Assembly (NCBI GenBank): GCA_963663235.2
Contig: CAXXNO010000004.1
Span: 832,001-896,000 of the forward strand
Reading direction: 5' to 3'
Source of the DNA: Dehalococcoidia bacterium
GTDB lineage: Bacteria; Chloroflexota; Dehalococcoidia; Bin125
Length of the DNA: 64,000 nucleotides
Positions 1 through 8,746 of this stretch are shown in pieces. Both the position numbers and the translations under genes were made by a program. Below the pieces are notes generated by a model that was not told where the DNA came from, ran no database searches, and saw only the letters and a program-made list of their open reading frames with translations. The stretch's first letter is position 1, and each line of letters starts with the position of its first letter.

Positions 1-621
1 GCGGACGTCGTCGGGGTGGTGAAGGCCGAAGTCGCGCGGGCCTGCGTGGATCTGAACCGAGCGCCGGACGCGCGTCCGCCGTCGCATCCGGAAGGGGTGG
101 TGAAGCAGGTCACCGCCAACGGACGCGTCGTGTACGTAGAGGGGAGCGAGCCCGCGCCGGGTCTCGTGGAGGCGCTGATGTCGCGGTACTTCGTGCCGTA
201 TCACGCGCGGCTCGAAGAGCGTCTGGCATCGCCGGGCATCGCGCTGGCGCTGGACTGCCATTCGATGGCGAACAAGGGGCTGGAGCGTCAGCGAGACCGG
301 GGCGAACCGCGGCCGCTGTTCTGCCTGAGCAACGGCAACGGCGCCACCTGTCCGGACGACCTGCTGCGCGCGGTAGGCGAGGCGCTCCAGATCACGTTTG
401 GCTGCGGCGCGGACGAGATTGGCTATAACCAGCCGTTCGCCGGAGGCTATATCACGAAGACCTATGGAGCGGGGCCGACGCCCTGGATCCAGATCGAGAT
501 GAACCGTCGGCTGTACCTCACACCCGACTGGTTCGACAAAGAGACGCTCAGCCTCGACCCGGCCCGGGCGCGGCAGCTGCGGGCCGGATTCCGCGCCGCG
601 TTGGAGCGCCTCGGTTTGTAG
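1..621 (+). CDS. N-formylglutamate amidohydrolase family protein (5'-truncated by window edge)
   Basis: Motifs RACVDLNR, PYH, LDCHSM, YNQPFAGGYIT, IQIEMNR; frame open to position 1. Confidence 0.85.
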   Translation, partial: ADVVGVVKAEVARACVDLNRAPDARPPSHPEGVVKQVTANGRVVYVEGSEPAPGLVEALMSRYFVPYHARLEERLASPGIALALDCHSMANKGLERQRDRGEPRPLFCLSNGNGATCPDDLLRAVGEALQITFGCGADEIGYNQPFAGGYITKTYGAGPTPWIQIEMNRRLYLTPDWFDKETLSLDPARARQLRAGFRAALERLGL

Positions 622-656
622 GGGGGCTTGTAGGGGGTTTGTAGGAGGGCCTGTAG
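616..656 (+). repeat. Short imperfect G-rich tandem repeat (TGTAG + G-run, about 4 copies)
   Basis: ttgtaggggggc ttgtagggggt ttgtaggagggc ctgtag read directly. Confidence 0.6.
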
Positions 657-716
657 CGGTGCGGGGTGGCGCCCGGGAGGGGCTATCATTCCCGCGTGCG
701 AAAGGAGCACCCGAAC

Positions 717-1133
717 ATGCCGAGCATCCAGAGCGCGAAGTCGATCCCCGCGAGCCATGCCGATCTCCTCGGCGCGCCGCAATTCGCCCACGTGTGCACC
801 ATCAACGCGGACGGCACGCCGCAGACCTCCCCGGTCTGGTTCAACCGGGACGGCGACGAGATCCTGATCAACAGCGCGGAGGGGCGGCGCAAGGTGAACA
901 ACATCCGGCGCGACCCGCACGTGGCGCTCTCCGTGATGGATGCGAGCAACCCGTACCGCTATATCGAGATCCGGGGGACGGTCACCGAGATCACGCACGA
1001 CGGCGCCGACGCCCACATCGACCAACTGGCCAAGGCGTACATGGGGGTGGACGTGTACCCCTACCACGACCCGAACGTGCAGCGGGTCATGGCGCGGATC
1101 CGCGTCGAGCACGTCGTGACGCTGGATCCGTAG
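717..1133 (+). CDS. PPOX-class F420-dependent oxidoreductase
   Basis: TINADGTPQTSPVW, GRRKVNNIRRDPHVALS, YIEIRG motifs; AAGGAG RBS before ATG 717. Confidence 0.9.
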   Translation: MPSIQSAKSIPASHADLLGAPQFAHVCTINADGTPQTSPVWFNRDGDEILINSAEGRRKVNNIRRDPHVALSVMDASNPYRYIEIRGTVTEITHDGADAHIDQLAKAYMGVDVYPYHDPNVQRVMARIRVEHVVTLDP

Positions 1134-1195
1134 CCGTCCCGCTGGAGCGGCCATCCGCAGCGGGCCGCCGGTCGTAGGGGTGGGGGAGGGGGGCC

Positions 1196-1507
1196 ATGAG
1201 TGCGGTCGACATCGCGGCGTTTTTCATTCCGCTCATCATCATCGGGATCATCTGGGTGCGGCGGGAGCACTTCCTGCGGAACAAGCTGTCGGGCGTGGCC
1301 GTGGTCGCGCTGGCAATCGTGGCGATCTTCCACTTCGACGTGGGAATGCTGACCACCGACCCCTACGACGAGTTCCTGGACAGCGTCGGCGCGCCCGGGG
1401 CGACGTGGCGGGCGTCGATCTTCGCTCTGCTGGCTCTCAGCTATTGGGGCGACCTGCGCGAGAACCTTCGCAGCGGCCGCAGGCGGTTGAGCGACTCGCG
1501 CGACTAG
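1196..1507 (+). CDS. Small hypothetical membrane protein (about 3 TM)
   Basis: Three hydrophobic segments, GGAGG-like RBS, fills the gap between neighbours. Confidence 0.65.
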   Translation: MSAVDIAAFFIPLIIIGIIWVRREHFLRNKLSGVAVVALAIVAIFHFDVGMLTTDPYDEFLDSVGAPGATWRASIFALLALSYWGDLRENLRSGRRRLSDSRD

Positions 1508-2346
1508 CCGCCGGCCGCCGGGGCCTCCACGGCCGGCCTCGGCTGCGCCTCCTCGGCGCTCACGCCGGCCAGATGCGCGATGTAGATGGGGACCAGCGGC
1601 AGCACACAAGGCGAGAGGAACGACAGCACCCCGCCGGCGAAGGCGATGGCGAAACCAAAGCCGCCCGTGACGATGCCTCCTGTGGCGGAGGCATCCTGGG
1701 TGGCGCCCGGGAGGAACGCGAAGTAGTCGTTCAGCACGGTGACGCGGTCCAGGAAGATTAACACACCCATGAAGACCAGCAAGATGCCGCCCGCGACCGA
1801 GATGTAGCGGATGCGCGGCCCGAGGGCGCGGAGGAGCGCCGTGGCAGAGCCCAGCCCCGCCCCCGCGATTAAGAAAGGCACGCCCAGACCGAGGGTGTAG
1901 AACACGAGCAGCAGCGCGCCTTGCGCGACGGAGCCGGAATCCGCCGCGAGGGCCAAGATGCCGGCCAGGATCGGGCCGACGCAAGGGGTCCAGCCGACGG
2001 AAAAGGCGCCACCCACGAAGAGCGAGCGACCGTAGCGACGCAGCGCCCGGCGACTCGTCGCAGGCGCGGAGCGCGGCGACGACGCGCCGGGCGCGTCGAT
2101 CTGGTAGGTGCGGTTCAAGAAGGGGATGGTGATGATCTCGGTGAGGTGCAGCCCGAGGACGAGGAGCAAAACGCCGGCGACGCGGCTGAACCAGATGAGG
2201 TTGTCGCGGAGCGCGAAGCCGACGACCCCGATCGAGGCCCCCAGGATGATGAAGACCACGGAGAAGCCGAGGACGAACGCCAGCGCGTGCATGAACGTGG
2301 CACGCCTGGCCGGAACGAATTCCACCGGACCAGCGTGGGCGACCAT
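1504..2346 (-). CDS. ccdA: CcdA/DsbD-family transmembrane electron transporter, apparently circularly permuted
   Basis: HALAFVLGFS, GWTPCVGPIL, YTLGLGVPF and C-terminal AFAGGVLSFLSPCVLPLVP motifs; GAGGA RBS before ATG 2346. Confidence 0.85.
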   Translation of the reverse strand: MVAHAGPVEFVPARRATFMHALAFVLGFSVVFIILGASIGVVGFALRDNLIWFSRVAGVLLLVLGLHLTEIITIPFLNRTYQIDAPGASSPRSAPATSRRALRRYGRSLFVGGAFSVGWTPCVGPILAGILALAADSGSVAQGALLLVFYTLGLGVPFLIAGAGLGSATALLRALGPRIRYISVAGGILLVFMGVLIFLDRVTVLNDYFAFLPGATQDASATGGIVTGGFGFAIAFAGGVLSFLSPCVLPLVPIYIAHLAGVSAEEAQPRPAVEAPAAGG

Positions 2347-2469
2347 CGCGTCCTCGTGGCCCTCCAGCGTGCTGGTTCCCGCCTCTGTAGAGGTTACGCC
2401 TCCCCGGCGGCCGCAGATGCGGGCCGGCGCCATCGCCACGCCATCCAGGATAGGCCACAGGATTACGTA

Positions 2470-3162
2470 ATGTCATCAGATTCCGATAGCGCCCGTATCT
2501 CCGTGATCATTCCCACGTTGTACGAAGAGGGGACGATCCGCGGAGCCGTCCGCGGCGCGTTCGCCGCCGGGGCCGACGAGGTGATCGTGGCCGACGGCGG
2601 ATCGCCGGACCGGACGGCGGAGCGGGCGCGCGCCGGAGGGGCGCGGGTGGTGCAGGAGCAACCAGGGCGGGGGGCGCAGCTGAACGCCGGCGCCGCAGCG
2701 GCGAGCGGCGACGTCCTGTGGTTTCTGCACGCGGATACCAGAGTCGCGCCGGGATCGTGCGCGCTGGTGCTGGCGGCGCTCCGCGACCCCGACGTAGTGG
2801 GCGGGCACTTCCGGGTGAGCTTTGGTCGCTCGACACACGCGCGCTTGTTGGCGGCGTTCTACCACGTGATCCAGCGGTTCGGCGTGGTCTACGGGGACTC
2901 GGCGGTGTTCTGCCGGCGGACGGCGTATGAGGCAGCGGGCGGCTTTCCGCCGCACCCAATCATGGAGGACCTGGCGTTCGTGCAGGCGCTGCGCCGTCGC
3001 GGGCGACTGGCGTACGTCGGCGCGCCGATCTACTCGTCGCCGCGGCGCTGGGAGCGGGGCGGGGTCGCGCAGGCGTGGGGGTCTTGGCTGGTGATCCAGT
3101 CGCTGTACTTCCTGCGGGTGCCGCCCACGATTCTCGGGCAGCTGTACCGGCAGATCCGGTGA
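2470..3162 (+). CDS. GT2 glycosyltransferase, TIGR04283-like (arsenosugar/rSAM-associated family)
   Basis: ISVIIPT, VIVADGGSPD, GRGAQLNAGA, FLHADT, YGD, MED, SPRRW motifs. Confidence 0.85.
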   Translation: MSSDSDSARISVIIPTLYEEGTIRGAVRGAFAAGADEVIVADGGSPDRTAERARAGGARVVQEQPGRGAQLNAGAAAASGDVLWFLHADTRVAPGSCALVLAALRDPDVVGGHFRVSFGRSTHARLLAAFYHVIQRFGVVYGDSAVFCRRTAYEAAGGFPPHPIMEDLAFVQALRRRGRLAYVGAPIYSSPRRWERGGVAQAWGSWLVIQSLYFLRVPPTILGQLYRQIR

Positions 3163-3902
3163 GTTCCGCGCGGACGGCCGGGCAGGGGCCGGCGGTGGGC
3201 CTGTTGACGCGCGCGCCGCAGCCGGGACTGGCCAAGACGCGGTTGGCGGCCGCGATCGGGGATCAAGCGGCGGCGCGGCTCGCGGAAGCGTTCCTGCTGG
3301 ACGTGGCGTCGGCCGTGCGTGGCGGCGGCTGGCGGCCGACGCTGTTCGTCGAGCCGGGGGCGGCGGTGTCGGAGGTGGCGACGCTGGTGGGGATCAGCGA
3401 TGCGCGGCCGCAAGCGGAGGGAAGCATCGGGCGGCGGATGCTGGCGGCCGCCACGACGCTGGAGGGGGAGGGGTACGCGCCGGTGATTCTGGTAGGGTCG
3501 GACATCCCGACGCTGCGCCCCAGTCACCTGGGCGAGGCGCTGAGCGCGCTGGAGCGTATCGACGTGGTGTTCGGCCCCGCGGGGGACGGCGGCTACTTCC
3601 TGGTCGGGATGCGGCGCGTCGCACCGGCGATCTTCGACGACGCGGCCGTTCCCTGGGGACGAGACGGCGTGCTGGCGGCGTCGGAACGGCTGGCGGAGCG
3701 TGAGGGGCTGCGCATGGCGCGCATCAGCGCCGAGCATGACGTCGATACGCCCGCAGACCTAGAGCGCCTGCGAGCGCGCTGCGCCGCTCTGGCGAGGGAA
3801 GGACAGGCGCCGGCGTACACGGCGGCGGCGCTGGCGGCGATCCGTCCGCTATTATCGGCCGAGCCGCGCGGACCCCGAAGGCGAGAGGAGCGGAACGAGT
3901 GA
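3159..3902 (+). CDS. TIGR04282/DUF2064-like glycosyltransferase (CofC-like fold)
   Basis: PGLAKTRL, IGRRM, GSDIP, GPAGDGGYFLVG, DVDTPADL motifs; GTGA overlap with upstream gene. Confidence 0.85.
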   Translation: MSSARTAGQGPAVGLLTRAPQPGLAKTRLAAAIGDQAAARLAEAFLLDVASAVRGGGWRPTLFVEPGAAVSEVATLVGISDARPQAEGSIGRRMLAAATTLEGEGYAPVILVGSDIPTLRPSHLGEALSALERIDVVFGPAGDGGYFLVGMRRVAPAIFDDAAVPWGRDGVLAASERLAEREGLRMARISAEHDVDTPADLERLRARCAALAREGQAPAYTAAALAAIRPLLSAEPRGPRRREERNE

Positions 3903-4777
3903 AACTGGCGACCTTCACGCAGGACGGCGCCACGCGGATCGGCGTGGTGGAGGGGAACGAGGTCATCGATCTGAGCGTCGCGGCGCCGGATCTGCCGCGC
4001 GAGATGGTAGCGTTCTTGGAGGCTGGCCCGGCCGCCCTCGCCGCCGCCCGCGCGAGCGTCAAAGCCGGCGGCGCGCGCCAGCCGCTCGCCTCCGTGCAGA
4101 TCGAAGCACCGATCCGCCGCCCGCCGAAGCTCCTGGCCGTGGGGCTGAACTACGCCGATCACATCCGTGAGACGGGGGGCAAGCAGCCGAAGCATCCCAA
4201 GATCTTCAACAAGCAGACATCGTCTGTGACGGGACCGAGCTCGCCGATCCACATGCCGCGTGCATCGGACCAACTGGACTACGAAGGCGAACTGGGGTTC
4301 GTGATCGGGCGGCGGAGCCGGCACGTGCCCAAGGAGCGGGCCGCGGAGGTGATCGCCGGGTACCTCATCGTGCACGACGTGAGCGTGCGCGACTGGCAGC
4401 AGCACTCATCGACCTGGACCATGGGCAAGTCGTTCGACACGCACGCCCCCATCGGCCCTTGGATCGTGACGGGCGACGAAGTCGGGGACCCGCACGCGCT
4501 CGCGGTGCGGACCTGGGTGAACGATGAACTGCGCCAGGACAGCAACACCAAAGAGTTGATCTTCGACTGCTACGAGTTGATCGCCTACCTGAGCACCGCC
4601 TTCACGCTGGAGCCCGGCGACATCATCGCCACGGGCACGCCGAGCGGAGTGGCGATTGGGTTCGACCCGCCGAAGTTCCTGCACGTCGGAGACGGAGTGC
4701 GGATCGAGATCGAGAAGATCGGCACGATGGAGAACCGCGTCATCGCCGAGCCGGCGGACACGGCGCGAATGGACTAG
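3899..4777 (+). CDS. Fumarylacetoacetate hydrolase family protein
   Basis: GLNYADH, LDYEGEL, DVSVRDWQ, GKSFDT, GDIIATGTPSGV motifs. Confidence 0.92.
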   Translation: MKLATFTQDGATRIGVVEGNEVIDLSVAAPDLPREMVAFLEAGPAALAAARASVKAGGARQPLASVQIEAPIRRPPKLLAVGLNYADHIRETGGKQPKHPKIFNKQTSSVTGPSSPIHMPRASDQLDYEGELGFVIGRRSRHVPKERAAEVIAGYLIVHDVSVRDWQQHSSTWTMGKSFDTHAPIGPWIVTGDEVGDPHALAVRTWVNDELRQDSNTKELIFDCYELIAYLSTAFTLEPGDIIATGTPSGVAIGFDPPKFLHVGDGVRIEIEKIGTMENRVIAEPADTARMD

Positions 4778-5361
4778 TGGTCCCGCAGGGCGTCGCGCAC
4801 CGGCGGCCAGTTGAGCGCCACAACCCCCGGCTCCTGGCACTCAAGCGGCGGGGACTGGACGTAGCGGTCCCCCTGGGTCAGCGTCATGAGCTCGATGAGG
4901 ACGGGGCCGTCGGCCGCGAGTAAGGCGTCGATCTCGGCGTCGAGCGACTCGATGTCATCGAAGCGGGCGGCGTGGGCGTAGCCCGCCTCGCGGGCCAGCC
5001 CGGCGAAGGAGAGCTTGCCCTCCGCGGGCGTGCGCTGGCCGCCACTGACCTCGTAGACGCCGTTGTGCATTACGACATGCAGGAAGCGCTTGGGCGCGGC
5101 GTCGGCGATGGTGGCGAGCGAGCCCAATTGCATGAGCAGCGAACCGTCGCCGTCCAGGACCCAGACGGGGAGATCGGGCCGGGCCAGGGCCACCCCCAAC
5201 CCGAACGTGGACGCGCCGCCCATGAAGGCGAGGCAGATGAGATTGTGCGGGTGAGGCGATCGCTCGGTCCAGGGGCGCACCGCCGTCATGGTCGACACCA
5301 CGACCTCGTTGGAACGCCGGCAAGCCAGCAGCGCCAGTGCGGCGTCTCGGGAGATGCTCAT
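4774..5361 (-). CDS. ThDP-dependent decarboxylase beta subunit (ComE/phosphonopyruvate decarboxylase-like)
   Basis: MGGAS, DGDGSLLM...HNGVYE ThDP-binding motif. Confidence 0.8.
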   Translation of the reverse strand: MSISRDAALALLACRRSNEVVVSTMTAVRPWTERSPHPHNLICLAFMGGASTFGLGVALARPDLPVWVLDGDGSLLMQLGSLATIADAAPKRFLHVVMHNGVYEVSGGQRTPAEGKLSFAGLAREAGYAHAARFDDIESLDAEIDALLAADGPVLIELMTLTQGDRYVQSPPLECQEPGVVALNWPPVRDALRDH

Positions 5362-5879
5362 CAGATCGTCTCCAGCCCGAGCAGCAACGCGACGGGACCG
5401 TTGCGCCGCGCCGCCTCGTCGAACGCCTGCGGCACGAGCGAGACGTCGGCGGGCGCGTCGAGAAGATAGTGAGGGATGCCGAGGGTGTCCAGCACCGGCT
5501 CCGCGAGGCGGACCAGCGATATGAAGTTCTCGCGCGGCGCGCGGTTGGGGTCGCGGCCCAAGAGGCCGATGAGCAAGACGATGAGGAAGGCGCCGTCGAG
5601 GGCCACTCCACGCAGATTGTTGACGCAGGCGTACAGGCCCGAGTGCTGGATCTGGAGGAGCGGCCTGCGCCCGCCGACGATCAGGCCGGCGCAGATGGCC
5701 ACGCCCTCATCCTCGGTGCAGGCGTGGACAAGAGCGATGTCGTCCTGGGCCTCCAGCCGCTCGATCAGGGTGCGCTGATGCGTGTCCGGCACCTGCACCA
5801 CGAAGTCGACCGCGGCGCGGCGGAACGCCTGCAGGAGGTCATCCGCGGGGATCGGCTGCGGCATCTCTGAGCCGGTCAA
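5361..5879 (-). CDS. ThDP-dependent decarboxylase alpha subunit (ComD-like)
   Basis: VPD, TEDEGVAICAG, IQHSG motifs; coupled to the beta subunit; TTG start overlaps upstream stop (alternative ATG at 5864). Confidence 0.8.
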   Translation of the reverse strand: MTGSEMPQPIPADDLLQAFRRAAVDFVVQVPDTHQRTLIERLEAQDDIALVHACTEDEGVAICAGLIVGGRRPLLQIQHSGLYACVNNLRGVALDGAFLIVLLIGLLGRDPNRAPRENFISLVRLAEPVLDTLGIPHYLLDAPADVSLVPQAFDEAARRNGPVALLLGLETI

Positions 5880-7288
5880 TCGAATGCCATAGCCGGGGGG
5901 TTGGGCGGGATCGCGATGGCACAGCCGGTAGCGGCGATCACCTCGTCGGGCGTGACGCCCGCGGCGATCTCGCGGAGGACGAAGCCGTCGGCCGTGACGT
6001 CGATCACCGCGAGGTTGGTGACCACGGTCGTGACGCAGCGCCGGCCGGTGACGGGAAACGCACAGTCCTCCAGCAGCCGGGGCTTGCCATCGCGGGTGGT
6101 GTGCTCCATCAGCACGATCACCTCCGAGCCGCCCGCCAGCAGGTCCATGGCGCCCCCGATGCGGCCGGCTCCCAGGCCGGGGCGGGACCAGTTCGCCAGA
6201 TCGCCGTGCCGGGAGACCTCATAGCCTCCCAGCACCACGGCATCGAGATGGCCGCCGCGCGCCATGGTGAAAGCGGTCACGCTGTCGAAGAGCGAAGCGC
6301 CGGGCAGGGGCTCGATCGGCAGGCTACCGGCGTCGAAATAGGCGGGATCCCAGCGGTCGAGATCCAGCAGGCTGCGAAAGCCCAGAATGCCGTTCTCCGC
6401 GTGGAGGGCCACCTGGGCTCCGATCTCTTGCAGCCAGCGGCCGACGAGCGTCGGCATGCCGACACCGAGGTTCACGTAGTTATAGTCGGCGATCATCCGA
6501 GCCACCCGCAACGCCATGAGGTCGCGGGGGACGCCCTGGGCGCCCTCGACGCGCCCCGCATCCTTGAGGGGATCGCGCCCGCCGGCCAGCTCCGCCGCCA
6601 CGATCTCCTCGATCGGGATCTCGGCCTGGACCACGGCATCGACGAAGATGCCGGGCAGGTGGACATCCTCAGGGTCGATGCCCCCGCGCGGGACAATCCG
6701 CTCGGCCTGGGCGATCACCGTCTTGGCGGCGCCGGCCATGGCGGGCTGGAAGTTGCGCGTGGTCCCGTCGAAGCGGCAGTTGCCCCCCTCATCGGCGACG
6801 TCGGCGCGTAGGAGGGCAACGTCCGCCGAAAGCGCCGTTTCCAGCAGATAGCGGCGCCCGTCGAACTCACGGACCTCCTTGTCCTCCGACTCCACGAGGG
6901 TACCCGCGCCCGTCGGCGTGAAGAACGCCGGGATGCCGGCAGCCGCCGCCCGGATCCGCTCGACGAACGTCCCCTGGGGCACCACCTCGTACACGACCGT
7001 ACCGGCGAGGATCTGATCTTCCAGCGCCGTGGGGATGCCGGTGTGGCCGCCAAACGAGCCGATAAAGCGGGAGACCAACCGGCGCTCCGCCAGTACCTGG
7101 GGGGAGTGGGGGCCGTAGCCGACGGCGTTCGCGACGATCGTGAGGTCGTCCGCGCCGTGGTTCGCCAGGGCGTGTAAGAGCGTGCTGGGCCATGCGGGCA
7201 TGGGGGCGAAGCCGCCGACCATAATCGACGATCCGGGCCGGATGTTCGCCACGGCTTCCCCGGCGGTGGGGACGACCTTGCTTTCCAG
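5876..7288 (-). CDS. Fused alpha+beta family I (3-oxoacid) CoA-transferase
   Basis: GGF, PQGTFVERIRA, TRNFQPAMA, NLGVGMP, ENG (catalytic Glu), GGAMDL motifs; probable CTG start at 7288 after GGAGGG. Confidence 0.88.
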   Translation of the reverse strand: MESKVVPTAGEAVANIRPGSSIMVGGFAPMPAWPSTLLHALANHGADDLTIVANAVGYGPHSPQVLAERRLVSRFIGSFGGHTGIPTALEDQILAGTVVYEVVPQGTFVERIRAAAAGIPAFFTPTGAGTLVESEDKEVREFDGRRYLLETALSADVALLRADVADEGGNCRFDGTTRNFQPAMAGAAKTVIAQAERIVPRGGIDPEDVHLPGIFVDAVVQAEIPIEEIVAAELAGGRDPLKDAGRVEGAQGVPRDLMALRVARMIADYNYVNLGVGMPTLVGRWLQEIGAQVALHAENGILGFRSLLDLDRWDPAYFDAGSLPIEPLPGASLFDSVTAFTMARGGHLDAVVLGGYEVSRHGDLANWSRPGLGAGRIGGAMDLLAGGSEVIVLMEHTTRDGKPRLLEDCAFPVTGRRCVTTVVTNLAVIDVTADGFVLREIAAGVTPDEVIAATGCAIAIPPNPPAMAFD

Positions 7289-7410
7289 CGTGGTCCCTCC
7301 CTCTGGTGCTAGCAGGCTACACCCGGCCCAGCGGCGGTGATCCATCGCCGGATCCCCCGTCCCTGGCCGGCCGCTTCCAGGAACCCCGGCCGGCCCGAGA
7401 AACCCCGGAC

Positions 7411-7436
7411 TGTAACGTTTGGGCCTGTCGCGTGTC
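7411..7436 (+). promoter_or_regulatory. Putative ECF sigma promoter TGTAAC-N14-CGTGTC (autoregulatory)
   Basis: Same two boxes with identical 14-nt spacer recur at 9320-9345; AAC-containing -35 is typical of ECF promoters. Confidence 0.65.
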
Positions 7437-7492
7437 GATTCTTTAGGAGGCCCGTTTCACGGGCCGGATAAGGGGCCGGAGAGCAGGGCGCG

Positions 7493-8741
7493 ATGGCGGA
7501 CATCCCGAGTCGCGACGAGTTGGCGGCGCTGGACCTCCTTATCGAGGCACGAGCGCGCGGCGTCACGGCGGACGCCGGCGGGGTCAATGGCGAGATCTCG
7601 GTCCTAGCGGCTACGGCGCATGCGATCCGGGAGACAGCGGGCGTAGCGGAGCCGGACAGAGCCGCGACCTGGGCCAAGGTCCGCGCCGGGATGCGCACGG
7701 AGCCACGCCGCTCCCGGTGGGCGTGGCCCGTCCCCCTCAGCGGCCTGCGGGCCGTCGCATCGGCGGCGGCCGTGGTGCTCGTCGCGGTCCTGGCCACGGT
7801 GAGCGTGCTGCTCGTGTCGGACGGCACCGCCGAGGCGAAGTTCCTGGCCGCGGTGCGCGACCTGGATGCGTTCAGCGCGGAGGCCCTGGAAGACCAACGG
7901 ATCAGCGCCGACGAGGCCGCGCAGCTGGAAGAGCGCGTCGCGGCAGTCGCCGCGGCGCTCGAAGACGAGCGCGAGCGCATCCGCGACCTGGACCCGGCGG
8001 AATTGGGTGAAGCGCTCGCGACCGTGACTGCCGTTCGGGCCCAGTTGGGCCCGTTCGAGGAGGGAAGCGCGTCGGTGGCCCGCTCCGCCGCCACGCTGGA
8101 CGTGGTGTCTGACGCGGTGCAAGCCGTCATCGAACGAGCGGAGCCGGGGACCGATCGCGAAGAGGATGGCGACCGCCCCACTCAGCGCGACAGCGATGGC
8201 GAAGGCGGCGGCGAGCGCGGGGTGGACGACGCCCCGGACGCAGACGACGAGCAGAGTCAGCGCCCCAGCACCGATCCAACGGACGACGAGCGAGACGGCG
8301 CCGAGTCTGACGAGCGGACGCCCGCCGATGAGCCGAGCGACCGGCGCAGCAGCGACGAGGACGAGGCTCCGACGACGGATCGCGATGGCGCGGGAACCGT
8401 CGACGAGGAGGACGAGGCCCCGACTCGCGACCGCGAGGGCACCGTCGAGGAGGACGAGGCTCCCACCCGCGATCGCGAGGAAACCATCGACGAAGACGAG
8501 GCCTCCGACTCGCGACCCCGCGGGCGCCGTCGAGGAGGACGAGGTCCCGACTCGCGACCGCCGCGGGCGAGGTCCCGACTCGAGCACCGTCGAGGCGGAC
8601 GAGACCCCGACTCGCGACCGCGAGGGCACCGTCGAGGCGGACGAGCCTGCCACGCGGGACGGCGAGCGCATTCGCTGCGACGACGAGGCGGCGCACTCCC
8701 GCGGGGGAGACGACTGCGCAGCCCACGAGAGACGGCGGTAG
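7493..8741 (+). CDS. Putative membrane-anchored anti-sigma factor with acidic repeat tail; +1 frameshift near 8504
   Basis: Short N-terminal domain, one TM (AAAVVLVAVLATVSVLLV), helical domain, then EEDEAPTRDREGTV repeats that continue in the 8166..8741 frame to TAG 8741; immediately precedes the ECF sigma. Confidence 0.55.
8355..8665 (+). repeat. About 8 imperfect 42-bp coding tandem repeats (EEDEAPTRDREGTV)
   Basis: gaggaggacgaggccccgactcgcgaccgcgagggcaccgtc-like units; one has an extra base and two are truncated. Confidence 0.8.
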
Positions 8742-8746
8742 CCTGC

